Shown here: one piece after another, positions 17,868 through 27,599 of the stretch | Position numbering within the stretch: position 1 is the stretch's first letter | How the letters are laid out: every line of letters starts with the position of its first letter | DNA from: Clostridiales bacterium | Lineage (GTDB): Bacteria > Bacillota > Clostridia > Oscillospirales > CAG-272 | Direction of reading: 5' to 3' | Length of the DNA stretch: 64,000 nt | Assembly (NCBI GenBank): GCA_021202555.1 | Contig: JAJQCT010000029.1 | Span: forward strand, 170-64,169 | Position numbers and translations under genes: made by a program | Notes under the pieces: generated by a model | The model's input: the letters and a program-made list of their open reading frames with translations, nothing else | What the model was told of the DNA's origin: nothing | Database searches by the model: none

Positions 17868-19397
17868 TTACGGGAGCGGATACCTTTCCGCCAAAATATA
17901 GTCGGCGTCGTCGCGGCGGCGCTCGAAAAGCGCCTCTATATCGAAATCCGACTCCTCGCCGTCATATATATTGTCGCGCAACAGCCCGTATGTCGCCGAA
18001 TCGATTGACAGCGAATCATATCCGAGCGAGAACGAGAAATCGTAAAACACGGAATCGTATATTATCTCAATCATGTCAAGGGAGGATTCGGAGCGGACGG
18101 TGGAGTACATATGATACTGCACGTATGAATCGCGAAGATAGCCGTATGACGCGGCGGCAAGCGCACGGATGAGATACGACGTACCCGTATAATCCGTGAT
18201 GTTCGCGGGTGCCGCGAGCACGGCGCCATCCGATATGAGCGAGAAGTAGCCGCTCTGCGATTCCGAACCCTTCGGAATCGGGACGACCGTCCATTCTATT
18301 CCCGTCAGGGCGAGCGCGTTCATGTCGCCGAGCTCACCCACGTAAAATACCGCGTCCTCGGATAAAAACGGGTCAATCGACGCAAGGCTATCGGCATACG
18401 ATTTTGTGACTGTATATATCATGTCAGCCGCCTCGGACGCGCCCGACGGCAGACAGACTGTCGGCACGGTCTTTTCCTCATTCGACACAAAATGAAGCCC
18501 GAAGGAGGACGTTATGAGGTCGGCTACATCGTCTGTCGTGCCAACGCGCCATGTAATACTTCCGACCGAAAGCATTTTGTCCCACGTCCATTCCCCCGAT
18601 TTAACGAGGGATTCGGCTGTCTTTTCCGAATATTCAGAAAACAGCTTTGAATTGACAAACACGCACGGTATTTCGTCCGGGTCTACCGTCGCATAGCTCA
18701 CAACGCCGTAAAGACTGTAAGCCGCAGAGAGCTGTAACGTCGCGTCAGTCAGAATGAAATCATCCTCCACGTCGAAAAACGGGAGAGAGTAGAGATTTGA
18801 AAGATACCCCGCGACGGCAAAGACTTCAAGCTCATCCTGTTCAAGCATGAGAAGATTCGCGTAATAATCCTCGCCCGCAATTGCCGACGCAAGCTCCGTT
18901 TCCATTTCCTCGGCTGTAAGTACAGAGTAGTAAAGCTTACACGAAAGCTTTTCCTCAACCATTAACGTGCGCTCGTAAAGCGCCTCGGAATACGAATCGC
19001 TCCCGTCGCCGTCGTCTGTCGCCGTCACGAAAATGAGATTTTTTGCATCCTCACTCGTGCATTTGATGAAAAGGGATTCGCCGTCGAAGCTGTATTCGCC
19101 AAGCCCCTCAAGATACTCGGTCGCATCGGAAAGCCCCGTATACTCATATATTCTGAAGGTTTCCGCAGATGTGTCGGTCACATCGGTGTCGCTCTCGGTC
19201 TCTTCCTCGGAGCCTGCCTCCGATACGTCCGAAAGCGTTTCCGCAGGGAAAATATTGTCAAGATTTATCTGAAATCCCGAGCAGGCTGTAATGAAAAATA
19301 AAAGCGAGAGGGAGAGCATTATAATAAACGCAAGCCTCACAGTCCCGCAAACCGCATCACCGAGGACGCATTTGCCTTTGTTTTTGCCGTTATTCAT
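17868..19397 (-). CDS. Extracellular solute-binding-type lipoprotein (very acidic)
   Basis: Start reassigned to MNNGK (ATG 19397, overlapping the upstream stop). Lipobox ITAC; VKSGEWTWDKM and VPIPKG motifs of clostridial solute-binding proteins. Confidence 0.7.
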   Translation of the reverse strand: MNNGKNKGKCVLGDAVCGTVRLAFIIMLSLSLLFFITACSGFQINLDNIFPAETLSDVSEAGSEEETESDTDVTDTSAETFRIYEYTGLSDATEYLEGLGEYSFDGESLFIKCTSEDAKNLIFVTATDDGDGSDSYSEALYERTLMVEEKLSCKLYYSVLTAEEMETELASAIAGEDYYANLLMLEQDELEVFAVAGYLSNLYSLPFFDVEDDFILTDATLQLSAAYSLYGVVSYATVDPDEIPCVFVNSKLFSEYSEKTAESLVKSGEWTWDKMLSVGSITWRVGTTDDVADLITSSFGLHFVSNEEKTVPTVCLPSGASEAADMIYTVTKSYADSLASIDPFLSEDAVFYVGELGDMNALALTGIEWTVVPIPKGSESQSGYFSLISDGAVLAAPANITDYTGTSYLIRALAAASYGYLRDSYVQYHMYSTVRSESSLDMIEIIYDSVFYDFSFSLGYDSLSIDSATYGLLRDNIYDGEESDFDIEALFERRRDDADYILAERYPLP

Positions 19398-20475
19398 TTG
19401 TTTCACTTTCCTCGTATCCCGCCGCCGCGGTGTCCGCAACATCCGAATTTTCCGTATCGCTGCCGTATGAAACGGTGACGACAAAGCCGTCAACATTATT
19501 TCCCTCGATTTTATATTCGAGCGCGTCTGACGGTATGGGAATTTCCGTCGTCTCCTCCGTATTCTCCGAGGACGCGGCGACAAAGTAAAGCACGTAAACC
19601 GTTCCGTCCGCGCTCGACGTAAATTCATAAGGAGACTCGTATGTGTAATCGCGCAGCATATCGACATATTCCTCGTGGCAGAGATTTGTCGTCATCATAA
19701 TCTCCGCGTGAGGCGCGCCGACGTAGCGGTAATGCCAATATTCGTATGAAATCTGCGTTATCGCTTCCTTGCCCGCCTGATAGCGCTGAACAAAGCCGTA
19801 TCGCCAGCAGTTTTCGATGAGCCAGAGCGAATCGTAATTCTCGCCGATTGAGGCAATATCGAAGGCGTAGCCCGTGTGATGCTCGCTGTAGCCGGGAACG
19901 GCGACATACGCATTCGCGTAATCCTCGCCGTAAAGCTCGGTGTATTCCTCCATTATCGAGACCTGCTCCTCGTATGTTCGCGCGGCGCTGTTTATTATCG
20001 CGCCGTCGTCTCCCGTCGCCTCGGCGTAGGCGTCGAGAAATTCGTTTAAGTATTCAAGCACCGACGCGGCGCAGGAAATCGAGGAGGAGGCGAGCGAATA
20101 GCTGTCTGATTTGTCCTCGTTATGATAAAGCGATACGGTCGCCTCGGCGTAATCGAAATTGAAGGCGTATTGATAATTGACGAGAACCATGTAGCCCGAG
20201 TAAATTTCGCTGTTTGAAACAGAGACGGATATATATTCCTCCCCCTCGGGATCTGTCTCGGCGCTGCTGCCGGTCGTGCCGTTATCCGCCGCAGAATCGG
20301 TCGAGCCGGCGCTTGTCAGCTCGTCGGTTTCCGTTCCCTCGGACGGAGAATATTCGATATTACATATAAAGTACACCGTCAGAAGTATCGCCGCCGCAGC
20401 GAATATTATAAGCACAATCATTCCCGACGTAAGCTCGGGTCCCGAATTTCTGACGTTGCGTCGTCTGTCAGACAT
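19390..20475 (-). CDS. M15B (VanY-like) D-Ala-D-Ala carboxypeptidase
   Basis: N-terminal TM segment; SAART.EEQ, PGYSEHHTGYAFD, YGFVQRY, YEYWHYRYVG. Confidence 0.9.
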   Translation of the reverse strand: MSDRRRNVRNSGPELTSGMIVLIIFAAAAILLTVYFICNIEYSPSEGTETDELTSAGSTDSAADNGTTGSSAETDPEGEEYISVSVSNSEIYSGYMVLVNYQYAFNFDYAEATVSLYHNEDKSDSYSLASSSISCAASVLEYLNEFLDAYAEATGDDGAIINSAARTYEEQVSIMEEYTELYGEDYANAYVAVPGYSEHHTGYAFDIASIGENYDSLWLIENCWRYGFVQRYQAGKEAITQISYEYWHYRYVGAPHAEIMMTTNLCHEEYVDMLRDYTYESPYEFTSSADGTVYVLYFVAASSENTEETTEIPIPSDALEYKIEGNNVDGFVVTVSYGSDTENSDVADTAAAGYEESETNE

Positions 20476-20510
20476 GAGCGCCTTCCTCCTTGATTTTTGT
20501 GGATTAAACG

Positions 20511-20542
20511 CGCCGCCGCAAAATATTCATTTTGCGGCGGCG
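20511..20542 (-). terminator. Hairpin/terminator downstream of pnp
   Basis: CGCCGCCGCAAAAT-ATTC-ATTTTGCGGCGGCG, 14-bp stem. Confidence 0.65.
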
Positions 20543-20571
20543 AGGTTTCACTTTATTTTTGTGTCTTTTTT

Positions 20572-20626
20572 GCGATTACTCGCAGCGATGATTACTCGCG
20601 GCGATTATTCGCGGCGATTACTCGCG
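20572..20626. repeat. 4 x 13-bp tandem repeat containing the pnp stop codon
   Basis: GCGATTACTCGCA / GCGATGATTACTCGCG / GCGATTATTCGCG / GCGATTACTCGCG. Confidence 0.85.
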
Positions 20627-22711
20627 TTCAAGGCAAGCCTTGCGCGAGAGGTTGAGACGACCTCTTTCATCGTTTCCGAGGCATTTTACCGTCATCATGT
20701 CGCCTACCTGACAAACGTCCTCCACCTTTTCGGTGCGCTTGTATTCAAGGTCCTTGATGTGTACCATTCCCTCGGTGCCGGGAGCGATTTCAACGAATGC
20801 TCCTATCGGTATTATGCGCGTTACACGTCCCGTATAGACAGCGCCGACCTCCGGCTCGAATATGATTCCCTCGATAATCTTCTTCGCCTCGTAAGCGGCG
20901 TCGCGGTTGACGGCTGAAATATAAACGGAGCCGTCCTCCTCGATGTCGATTTTGGCGCCCGTATCGGCAACTATCTTCTGAACAACCTTGCCGCCCGTGC
21001 CGATTACATCGCGAATCTTTTCAACGGGGATATGAACCGTTATCATCTTCGGCGCATACTCGGAGACTTCCTCTCTCGGAGCGGGGATAGCCTTGAGGAG
21101 TACCTCATCTATGATGTAATCCCTGCCCTTATGCGTTACTTCAAGCGCTTCCTTTATAATCTCGGGAGTAAGACCGTCGATTTTAAGGTCCATCTGGATT
21201 GACGTGATTCCCTTGTGCGTTCCCGCAACCTTGAAGTCCATATCGCCGTAGAAGTCCTCAACGCCCTGAATGTCTATCATCGTCATCCAGCGGTCGCCCT
21301 CGGTGATAAGTCCGCAGGAAATTCCCGCGACGGGAGCTTTAATCGGAACGCCGGCGTCCATAAGCGCAAGCGTGGAGCCGCAGACGGATCCCTGCGACGT
21401 AGAACCGTTCGAGGAAACGACCTCGGAAACGACGCGAATCGCATACGGAAATTCGTCAACAGACGGCAGTACGGGTATGAGCGAGCGCTCCGCAAGCGCG
21501 CCGTGACCTATTTCACGGCGACCGGGCGTGCGCGTCGATTTTGCCTCTCCCGTCGAATAGCCGGGCATATTGTAGTGGTGCATATAGCGCTTTTCGGTCT
21601 GGTCATCGATTCCGTCAAGCTCCTGCGCCATATCGATAGACGCGAGTGTGCAGATTGAAAGAACCTGTGTCTGACCGCGTGTGAAAAGTCCGGAGCCGTG
21701 AACGCGCGGAATTACGCCGACCTCAGACGCGAGCGGGCGGATTTCGTCAAGCCTGCGTCCGTCAACGCGCTTTCCGTCCTCAAGGAGCCAGCGGCGGACA
21801 ATGCGCTTCTGAATCTTGTATACAAGCTCGTCCATCTGCGCTTCGACATCGGGGTATTTTTCAGAAAATTTCTCGATTATCGCGTCCTTTACGGGTACCA
21901 TTCTCGCATCGCGGACGTTCTTGTCGTTCGTATCAAGCGCGAACATAACGTCATTCTCGCAGAACGCGAAAATTTCCTCGACCATATCGTGATCAAGCTC
22001 GCCCGACGGGAAGTCGAATTTGGGCTTGCCGACCTCGGCGATTATGCCGTTTATAAATTTAAGAAGCTCGCCGTTCGCCTCATGTCCCATCATTATCGCG
22101 GTAAACATATTGGCATCGGTAACCTCGTTGGCGCCAGCCTCAATCATGACGACCTTCTTTTCGCTTGACGCGACTGTGAGGTCAAGCGTGCTTACCTCGC
22201 GCTGCGCCTTTGTCGGGTTGATTACGGGAACGCCGTCAACGATTCCGACCTTGACGCCCGAAATAGGTCCGTTCCACGGAATATCCGATATGGAAAGGGC
22301 GATTGACGCGCCTATCATTCCGGTGATTTCATGCGAGCAGTCGGGGTCTACCGACATAACCGTGAGCGTGAGCGCCACATCGTTGCGCAAATCCTTCGGG
22401 AAAAGGGGGCGAATCGGGCGGTCGATGACGCGCGCCGTCAGCACAGCCTTTTCGGACGGTCTACCCTCGCGGCGAAGATACGCTCCCGGGATTTTGCCCG
22501 CGGAATAAAGACGCTCCTCAAAATCGACCGACAGCGGGAGAAAATCTATTCCCTCACGCGGCTTTTCGGACGCCGTGGCGCAGGCAAGCACAGTCGTCTC
22601 GCCGTATTTTACAAGGCAGGAGCCGTTTGCAAGCCCCGCAACCTTTCCAACCTCGACGGTAAGCGGGCGACCCGCAAGCTCCGTCTCGAATTTTCTGTAG
22701 TTTTCAAACAT
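20618..22711 (-). CDS. pnp: Polyribonucleotide nucleotidyltransferase
   Basis: DFLPLSVD, RREIGHG, SNGSTS, DMDFKVAG, KH and S1 domains; downstream of rpsO. Confidence 0.98.
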   Translation of the reverse strand: MFENYRKFETELAGRPLTVEVGKVAGLANGSCLVKYGETTVLACATASEKPREGIDFLPLSVDFEERLYSAGKIPGAYLRREGRPSEKAVLTARVIDRPIRPLFPKDLRNDVALTLTVMSVDPDCSHEITGMIGASIALSISDIPWNGPISGVKVGIVDGVPVINPTKAQREVSTLDLTVASSEKKVVMIEAGANEVTDANMFTAIMMGHEANGELLKFINGIIAEVGKPKFDFPSGELDHDMVEEIFAFCENDVMFALDTNDKNVRDARMVPVKDAIIEKFSEKYPDVEAQMDELVYKIQKRIVRRWLLEDGKRVDGRRLDEIRPLASEVGVIPRVHGSGLFTRGQTQVLSICTLASIDMAQELDGIDDQTEKRYMHHYNMPGYSTGEAKSTRTPGRREIGHGALAERSLIPVLPSVDEFPYAIRVVSEVVSSNGSTSQGSVCGSTLALMDAGVPIKAPVAGISCGLITEGDRWMTMIDIQGVEDFYGDMDFKVAGTHKGITSIQMDLKIDGLTPEIIKEALEVTHKGRDYIIDEVLLKAIPAPREEVSEYAPKMITVHIPVEKIRDVIGTGGKVVQKIVADTGAKIDIEEDGSVYISAVNRDAAYEAKKIIEGIIFEPEVGAVYTGRVTRIIPIGAFVEIAPGTEGMVHIKDLEYKRTEKVEDVCQVGDMMTVKCLGNDERGRLNLSRKACLERE

Positions 22712-22742
22712 TCTGGAATTCCTCCGTTAAAATATATTCTGA

Positions 22743-22826
22743 ACGAAGGTCTGCTTCGGATTAACACTTAAATAAACGCGCACTTGTGTGCGTTTGTCTA
22801 AATGCTGATCCACAGCACACCTTCGT
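22743..22826 (-). promoter_or_regulatory. Long irregular stem in the pnp leader, probable RNase III processing site
   Basis: ACGAAGGT...AAACGCGCA-CTTG-TGTGCGTTT...ACCTTCGT extended inverted repeat; position matches the known pnp leader architecture. Confidence 0.6.
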
Positions 22827-22849
22827 ATCATTCGATTAAAAAAGGTTCG

Positions 22850-22882
22850 GCACACAGCCGAAGCTGCGCCGCGGCTGTGTGC
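22850..22882 (-). terminator. rpsO terminator hairpin
   Basis: GCACACAGCCG...CGGCTGTGTGC, followed on the minus strand by a T-run. Confidence 0.6.
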
Positions 22883-22941
22883 ATATGCTTCCCTTTTCGC
22901 AGATACAGAAGTTGCTTTCTTAGAAACTGCTTTCTTAGAAA

Positions 22942-23211
22942 TTACTTTCTGATTCCGAGCTCTCTGACTATCGTGCGGTAGCGCTCGATGTCAACCTTCT
23001 GGAGATAAGCGAGCAGACTTCTTCTGTGTCCGACCATCTTGAGAAGTCCTCTGCGGCTGTGGTGATCCTTCTTGTTCACCTTGAGATGCTCCGTCAAGGA
23101 GTTGATTCTCGACGTAAGGACTGCGATCTGCACCTCGGGGCTTCCTGTGTCGCCCTCGTGAATCGCGTACTTTTCGATGATTGCCTGCTTTTCTTCCTTT
23201 GTGAGTGCCAT
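22942..23211 (-). CDS. rpsO: 30S ribosomal protein S15
   Basis: [10 protein letters not shown]...[15 protein letters not shown]. Confidence 0.99.
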   Translation of the reverse strand: MALTKEEKQAIIEKYAIHEGDTGSPEVQIAVLTSRINSLTEHLKVNKKDHHSRRGLLKMVGHRRSLLAYLQKVDIERYRTIVRELGIRK

Positions 23212-23219
23212 AACCCTTC

Positions 23220-23337
23220 ACCTCATTCATTAAATTGCGTATCGGCTCAGGGGGCGGAGGGTGAATGCTTTATCCGCCGACCGGGCGCGACCGCTTCAAA
23301 ACGGGTTTATTATATCACAAAAAAAGCGATTTGTAAA
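23220..23337 (-). promoter_or_regulatory. rpsO promoter and probable S15 autoregulatory leader
   Basis: TTTACA-17-TATAAT (23337-23309); GC-rich structured 5' UTR. Confidence 0.5.
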
Positions 23338-23380
23338 CCGCAAAAGCAGATTTTTTTCGTTTCTTAAAAAATTAACAATT

Positions 23381-23749
23381 TCACCTCCCGCCGCGAAAGC
23401 TTCGGACAAGAGAAAAAATTCCCGAAGCGGCGAAAAAAGCGCCCATTATATATCGGATAAGCCCTCGGGAGAAATTCAGCGAGAGCGAGGTGCCGATGAG
23501 AGCGCCGACGGCGCCTCCAATCGAAAGGGCGGCGATAACGGCAAAATTCAGGCGTCTGTACATTATATGAAGCGGGAGTGAGGCGGAGGAGGCGGCAATA
23601 AAGAATATCAGGTTATAAAGCTGCGCCTCGCTCTGCGGGATGTCTGAGGCAAAGGTGAGATATATGATGAAAAGTCCGCCGCCTCCAAGTCCCATTCCCG
23701 AAAGCGCCGCTGAGACGAACGCTGCGGCGGCAAAAAGAAGGCGCGTCAA
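23381..23749 (-). CDS. TauE/SafE (TSUP) family half-transporter
   Basis: LSGMGLGGGG motif, hydrophobic. Confidence 0.85.
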   Translation of the reverse strand: MTRLLFAAAAFVSAALSGMGLGGGGLFIIYLTFASDIPQSEAQLYNLIFFIAASSASLPLHIMYRRLNFAVIAALSIGGAVGALIGTSLSLNFSRGLIRYIMGAFFAASGIFSLVRSFRGGR

Positions 23750-24162
23750 AAAAGTCCCGCCTCACGCAAAATCATTGAGACGCCAGCCCAGACGGTGAGG
23801 CATGAAAAAAGGCGCGTAAGCCAAAGAGAGCTTACTTTATCGAGAAAAAAAGCTCCGAGCGCGCCGCCCGCGACGGCGGGAACGACAAATTCGGCAATAT
23901 CATCTCCGTCAAAGAGGCTCTCGCCCGCTGCAAAGGCGCGCAGAACGACTGATACAATCGTCATCGGAAGCACAGACGCGACAGCGGTCGCGAATACATC
24001 GTGCGGCTCGTCCGAAATCGCCGTTCCGTGAAAATTTTCCCGTATCGCACCAACGGCGTAAACTATGACGACACCGCCGCCGACACCGATAAGCCCGTTC
24101 AGAATCCCCGCTATAGTTCCGCAGAGAAGGAGCGCCGCCGTCCCGATTTTGCTTTTTGTCAA
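23746..24162 (-). CDS. TauE/SafE (TSUP) family half-transporter
   Basis: AGILNGLIGVGGGVVIV motif, hydrophobic. Confidence 0.85.
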   Translation of the reverse strand: MTKSKIGTAALLLCGTIAGILNGLIGVGGGVVIVYAVGAIRENFHGTAISDEPHDVFATAVASVLPMTIVSVVLRAFAAGESLFDGDDIAEFVVPAVAGGALGAFFLDKVSSLWLTRLFSCLTVWAGVSMILREAGLF

Positions 24163-24392
24163 AATAATTCGCCTCCCCTCTCCCTTATCAAAGAAATATC
24201 ATCTTAAAGGTTCATTTTTTGCGCATGAGAATTAACATTCGCGCACTTGTATTTTTGCTCAAAGCATGATACAATATGCATATCGAAAACTTTCGCTTCG
24301 CGAATTTTTCGGACGGTTGACATTTTGTTTTATCGGAAAAGCAGAATCAGCAATATTACAAGCATATAATCGGAAGGAGCGGCAGCAAAGGG

Positions 24393-27122
24393 ATGTCCGA
24401 GAAGAAAAGCGCGGCGACAGGGACAAGAGCGCTTACAAAATCGACAAAATCAAAGAGCGGCGCGCAAAAAAGCACGGGCAGCGCAAAAAGATACAAAGCA
24501 AAACCGGCAGCGTCTCAGGAAGAGCGCTCACACTCGATTATAAATCAGATACTTCCGTTTATTTTTCTCGTGTGCGCGCTCATTCTTGTGATAATTCTCG
24601 CGTTTGACGAAAGTGCATTTGTTACATCGTTCATCAAATCGCTTCTTTTCGGGCTTTTCTCATACGCATCGTACCTGATTCCCGCGCTGCTTGTCATTCT
24701 TGCGGCGTTCTGGCAGTCAGATGTGATTTCAAAGCGAACGACTTGGAAGCTCTGGTGCGCGCTCGCGGTTCTCCTTTTCACCTCGACCCTCTTTCATCTG
24801 ATTTTATCGGGAGCCGCGGCAGAGTTCAATCCGATTACGCTTTACGAAACGGGCGAGAGCACGTCGGGAGGCGTTTTCGGGGGTATTCTCGCGTCAATTC
24901 TCATCTCATGCTTCGGCAAGGTGATTTCGTATATTATCGTCATCGCGGCGCTCTTTATACTTGTTCCCGTGATATTCGGAATGACGCCTGTCATGATTTA
25001 CCGCTTTTTCAGGCGTCGAGCGGTGCATAAAATCGAGAATGTGCGCGAACGGCGCGAGCTTGAGCGCCTGTCTCCCGTTCCAAGGGAAGCTGTAAGCCGC
25101 GCGGAGGACGCCGCCGGCGGCGCGTATTCCGACAAGACAAGGATGCGCGGAAAAAGGCGGAAATTCGATCCCGACGTGGACGTTCCCGAGGACAAGAAAA
25201 CAGAGAAAAAATCAAAGCGCGAGAACGACGAGGCTCCGGAGGAGCGCGAGGCGAGGCTTGCCGCCGAGGTGATGAAGCGCTCAAACGAGAAATTCGGCGA
25301 GCAAAAGCTTCCCGACGAGAAAATCGACGCCACTGAGAATTGTGAAATCGAAAGCAACGGCGACGGCGAAAACGTAAATGAAAGCGGAAATGAAGGCGAG
25401 GACGCAATTTATCCCGCATACCGCAGTGAGGAGGCGGACGAAGGCATTCTCATAGACCTTGAGAAAATTTTCACAAACCCCGACAAGCTGCGCTCATTCG
25501 GAGAGGAAAAGCGCACGGCGGAGCCGATAAAGGCGGAGCGCAGTGCGGTAGTCGCCGAGGCTGACGCGGGCGAGAAAAGGATTGCCGAGGACACCAAGGC
25601 GGGGGATGCGGCGGACAGCACGGTTCCCGTATATGAATTTCCGCCGCTCGAGCTTCTGACAATGCCGCCGGAGGCTACTGCTGCAAGCCGCGAGGAAATC
25701 GAGACAAAGGCAAAAAAGCTTGTAGACACGCTTTCGAGCTTCAATGTACATGTCAGGATTTCGGACGTTTCGCGGGGTCCTACAATCACAAGATACGAGC
25801 TGACGCCCGAATCGGGGACGAGGGTGCGCGCGATTTCAAACCTTGTCGAGGATATTTCGCTCAATCTGGCGTCTCCCGGCGTGAGAATCGAAGCACCGAT
25901 TCCGGGAAAATCCGCTGTCGGCGTCGAGGTGCCGAACAGCAAGCGCGAAAACGTCTATCTGCGCGCGCTCATTTCGACGGAAAAATTCAAAAACGCGAAA
26001 AGCAGGCTGACGGCTGCGCTCGGCGAGGACGTGGCAGGCGATCCGGTTTACTGCGATATAGCGAAAATGCCTCATCTTCTCATATCCGGAGCTACCGGAA
26101 TGGGAAAATCGGTATGTCTCAACGCGATTATCGTGAGCCTTCTTTACAAGGCGGAGCCGACCGAGCTGCGGCTTATAATGATAGACCCGAAAAAGGTCGA
26201 GCTTAATTTGTATAACGGGATTCCTCATCTTCACGTTCCCGTCGTGTCAGACCCGAAAAAGGCTGCGGGCACGCTCTCATGGGCTGTCACGGAGATGGAT
26301 AAGCGCTACGCCGCTATCGAGGACGTTGGAATGCGCAATATCGAGGGGTACAACGAAATAACGAAAAACGATCCCGAAAAGGAATTTATGCCGCAGATGA
26401 TAATCATAATCGACGAGCTTGCCGATCTCATGATGACTGCTCCCGACGACGTTGAGACGTCAATCTGCCGAATAGCGCAGATGGGACGTGCGGCGGGACT
26501 TCATCTTATAATCGGCACGCAGCGTCCGTCCGTTGACGTAATAACGGGGCTTATCAAGGCGAATATTCCCTCGAGAATCGCGTTCAAAATGTCGTCTCAG
26601 GTTGACAGCAGAACCGTCATCGACATCGGAGGCGCCGAAAAGCTTCTCGGATTCGGCGATATGCTTTACGCGCCTGTGGGTGTCATGAAGCCGGTGAGAA
26701 TTCAGGGCGCTTTCGTTACCGAGGAAGAGGTTGAGGCTGTCACGGACTTCCTTCGCGGAATCTGCCCGACGCCAAACTACGACAGCGGCGCCATCGAGGG
26801 AATCGACGAGGCGGCGGCAAGATGCGGTCAGAAGCGCTCCAAGGGTGCGGCGGCGGCAGCAGCCGACGATGGAGGCATGGATTCAGACCCCATGCTCATG
26901 CAGGCGCTCGAGCTTGCGGTTGAATCGGGCAAAATTTCGACCTCTCTCATTCAAAGGCGTCTGTCGCTCGGATATGGGCGAGCGGCGAAGCTCATCGACA
27001 GGCTTGAGGCTATGGGATATGTTAGCCCGCCCGACGGTCAGCGTCCGAGAGACGTTCTGATAACGCGGGATATGTACCGCGAGCTTATGATGAGGGGCGA
27101 CATCACGGAAGACGACGGTTAA
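24393..27122 (+). CDS. ftsK: DNA translocase FtsK/SpoIIIE
   Basis: N-terminal TM segments, IEAPIPGKSAVG, GATGMGKS, IIDELADLMM, TQRPSVDVITG, gamma domain QRRLSLGYGRAA. Confidence 0.97.
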   Translation: MSEKKSAATGTRALTKSTKSKSGAQKSTGSAKRYKAKPAASQEERSHSIINQILPFIFLVCALILVIILAFDESAFVTSFIKSLLFGLFSYASYLIPALLVILAAFWQSDVISKRTTWKLWCALAVLLFTSTLFHLILSGAAAEFNPITLYETGESTSGGVFGGILASILISCFGKVISYIIVIAALFILVPVIFGMTPVMIYRFFRRRAVHKIENVRERRELERLSPVPREAVSRAEDAAGGAYSDKTRMRGKRRKFDPDVDVPEDKKTEKKSKRENDEAPEEREARLAAEVMKRSNEKFGEQKLPDEKIDATENCEIESNGDGENVNESGNEGEDAIYPAYRSEEADEGILIDLEKIFTNPDKLRSFGEEKRTAEPIKAERSAVVAEADAGEKRIAEDTKAGDAADSTVPVYEFPPLELLTMPPEATAASREEIETKAKKLVDTLSSFNVHVRISDVSRGPTITRYELTPESGTRVRAISNLVEDISLNLASPGVRIEAPIPGKSAVGVEVPNSKRENVYLRALISTEKFKNAKSRLTAALGEDVAGDPVYCDIAKMPHLLISGATGMGKSVCLNAIIVSLLYKAEPTELRLIMIDPKKVELNLYNGIPHLHVPVVSDPKKAAGTLSWAVTEMDKRYAAIEDVGMRNIEGYNEITKNDPEKEFMPQMIIIIDELADLMMTAPDDVETSICRIAQMGRAAGLHLIIGTQRPSVDVITGLIKANIPSRIAFKMSSQVDSRTVIDIGGAEKLLGFGDMLYAPVGVMKPVRIQGAFVTEEEVEAVTDFLRGICPTPNYDSGAIEGIDEAAARCGQKRSKGAAAAAADDGGMDSDPMLMQALELAVESGKISTSLIQRRLSLGYGRAAKLIDRLEAMGYVSPPDGQRPRDVLITRDMYRELMMRGDITEDDG

Positions 27123-27182
27123 ACCGCAGTTAAACCGCGGTTCAACCGTGAATGAAACGCGAATGAAACGCGGATAAAGTGC
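27117..27182. repeat. 6 x 11-bp drifting tandem repeat starting at the ftsK stop codon
   Basis: GGTTAAACCGC AGTTAAACCGC GGTTCAACCGT GAATGAAACGC GAATGAAACGC GGATAAAGTGC. Confidence 0.75.
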
Positions 27183-27227
27183 GGATTTCTCATGTGAAAA
27201 ATATCAGATTGAAAGTGAGGACGAACG

Positions 27228-27599
27228 ATGGCTGACGGAAATGACTATAAAATCTGCCCCGTTTGCGGGACGTACAACACAAAGGAATGCAAAACCTGCG
27301 AATGCGGTTACGTTTACGGCAGGAGCGACACGGGCATAACGGAAAAGGAATTAAAATCAAAGGAACGGATGAAGTCCTTGAGAAAGCTTCTGCTCGGATT
27401 TATCATGGCGGCGATTCTCTTCTTTTTGTTCGTTCTCACAGCAAGGTACGGCACGATTGTCTTGTTTTATGTTGTCGGGATTGCGGGAGGTCTCGCAGTT
27501 CTGCTGCTTTTAGCGTCGGTGGTGATGGGTAAAATTTCGAGGCGAAACGAGAGAAAGAACACGGGCGGCAGCGACCCCGGTGTCGGAAAAGGAGAATAA
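27228..27599 (+). CDS. Hypothetical zinc-ribbon membrane protein
   Basis: CPVCG...CKTCECG followed by two TM helices; RBS GAGG. Confidence 0.7.
   Translation: MADGNDYKICPVCGTYNTKECKTCECGYVYGRSDTGITEKELKSKERMKSLRKLLLGFIMAAILFFLFVLTARYGTIVLFYVVGIAGGLAVLLLLASVVMGKISRRNERKNTGGSDPGVGKGE

Noticed and set aside
19390-20475. Vancomycin resistance gene (VanY-like)
   Set aside because: No vanRS, ligase or vanX/H neighbours; M15B peptidases are common housekeeping cell-wall enzymes.
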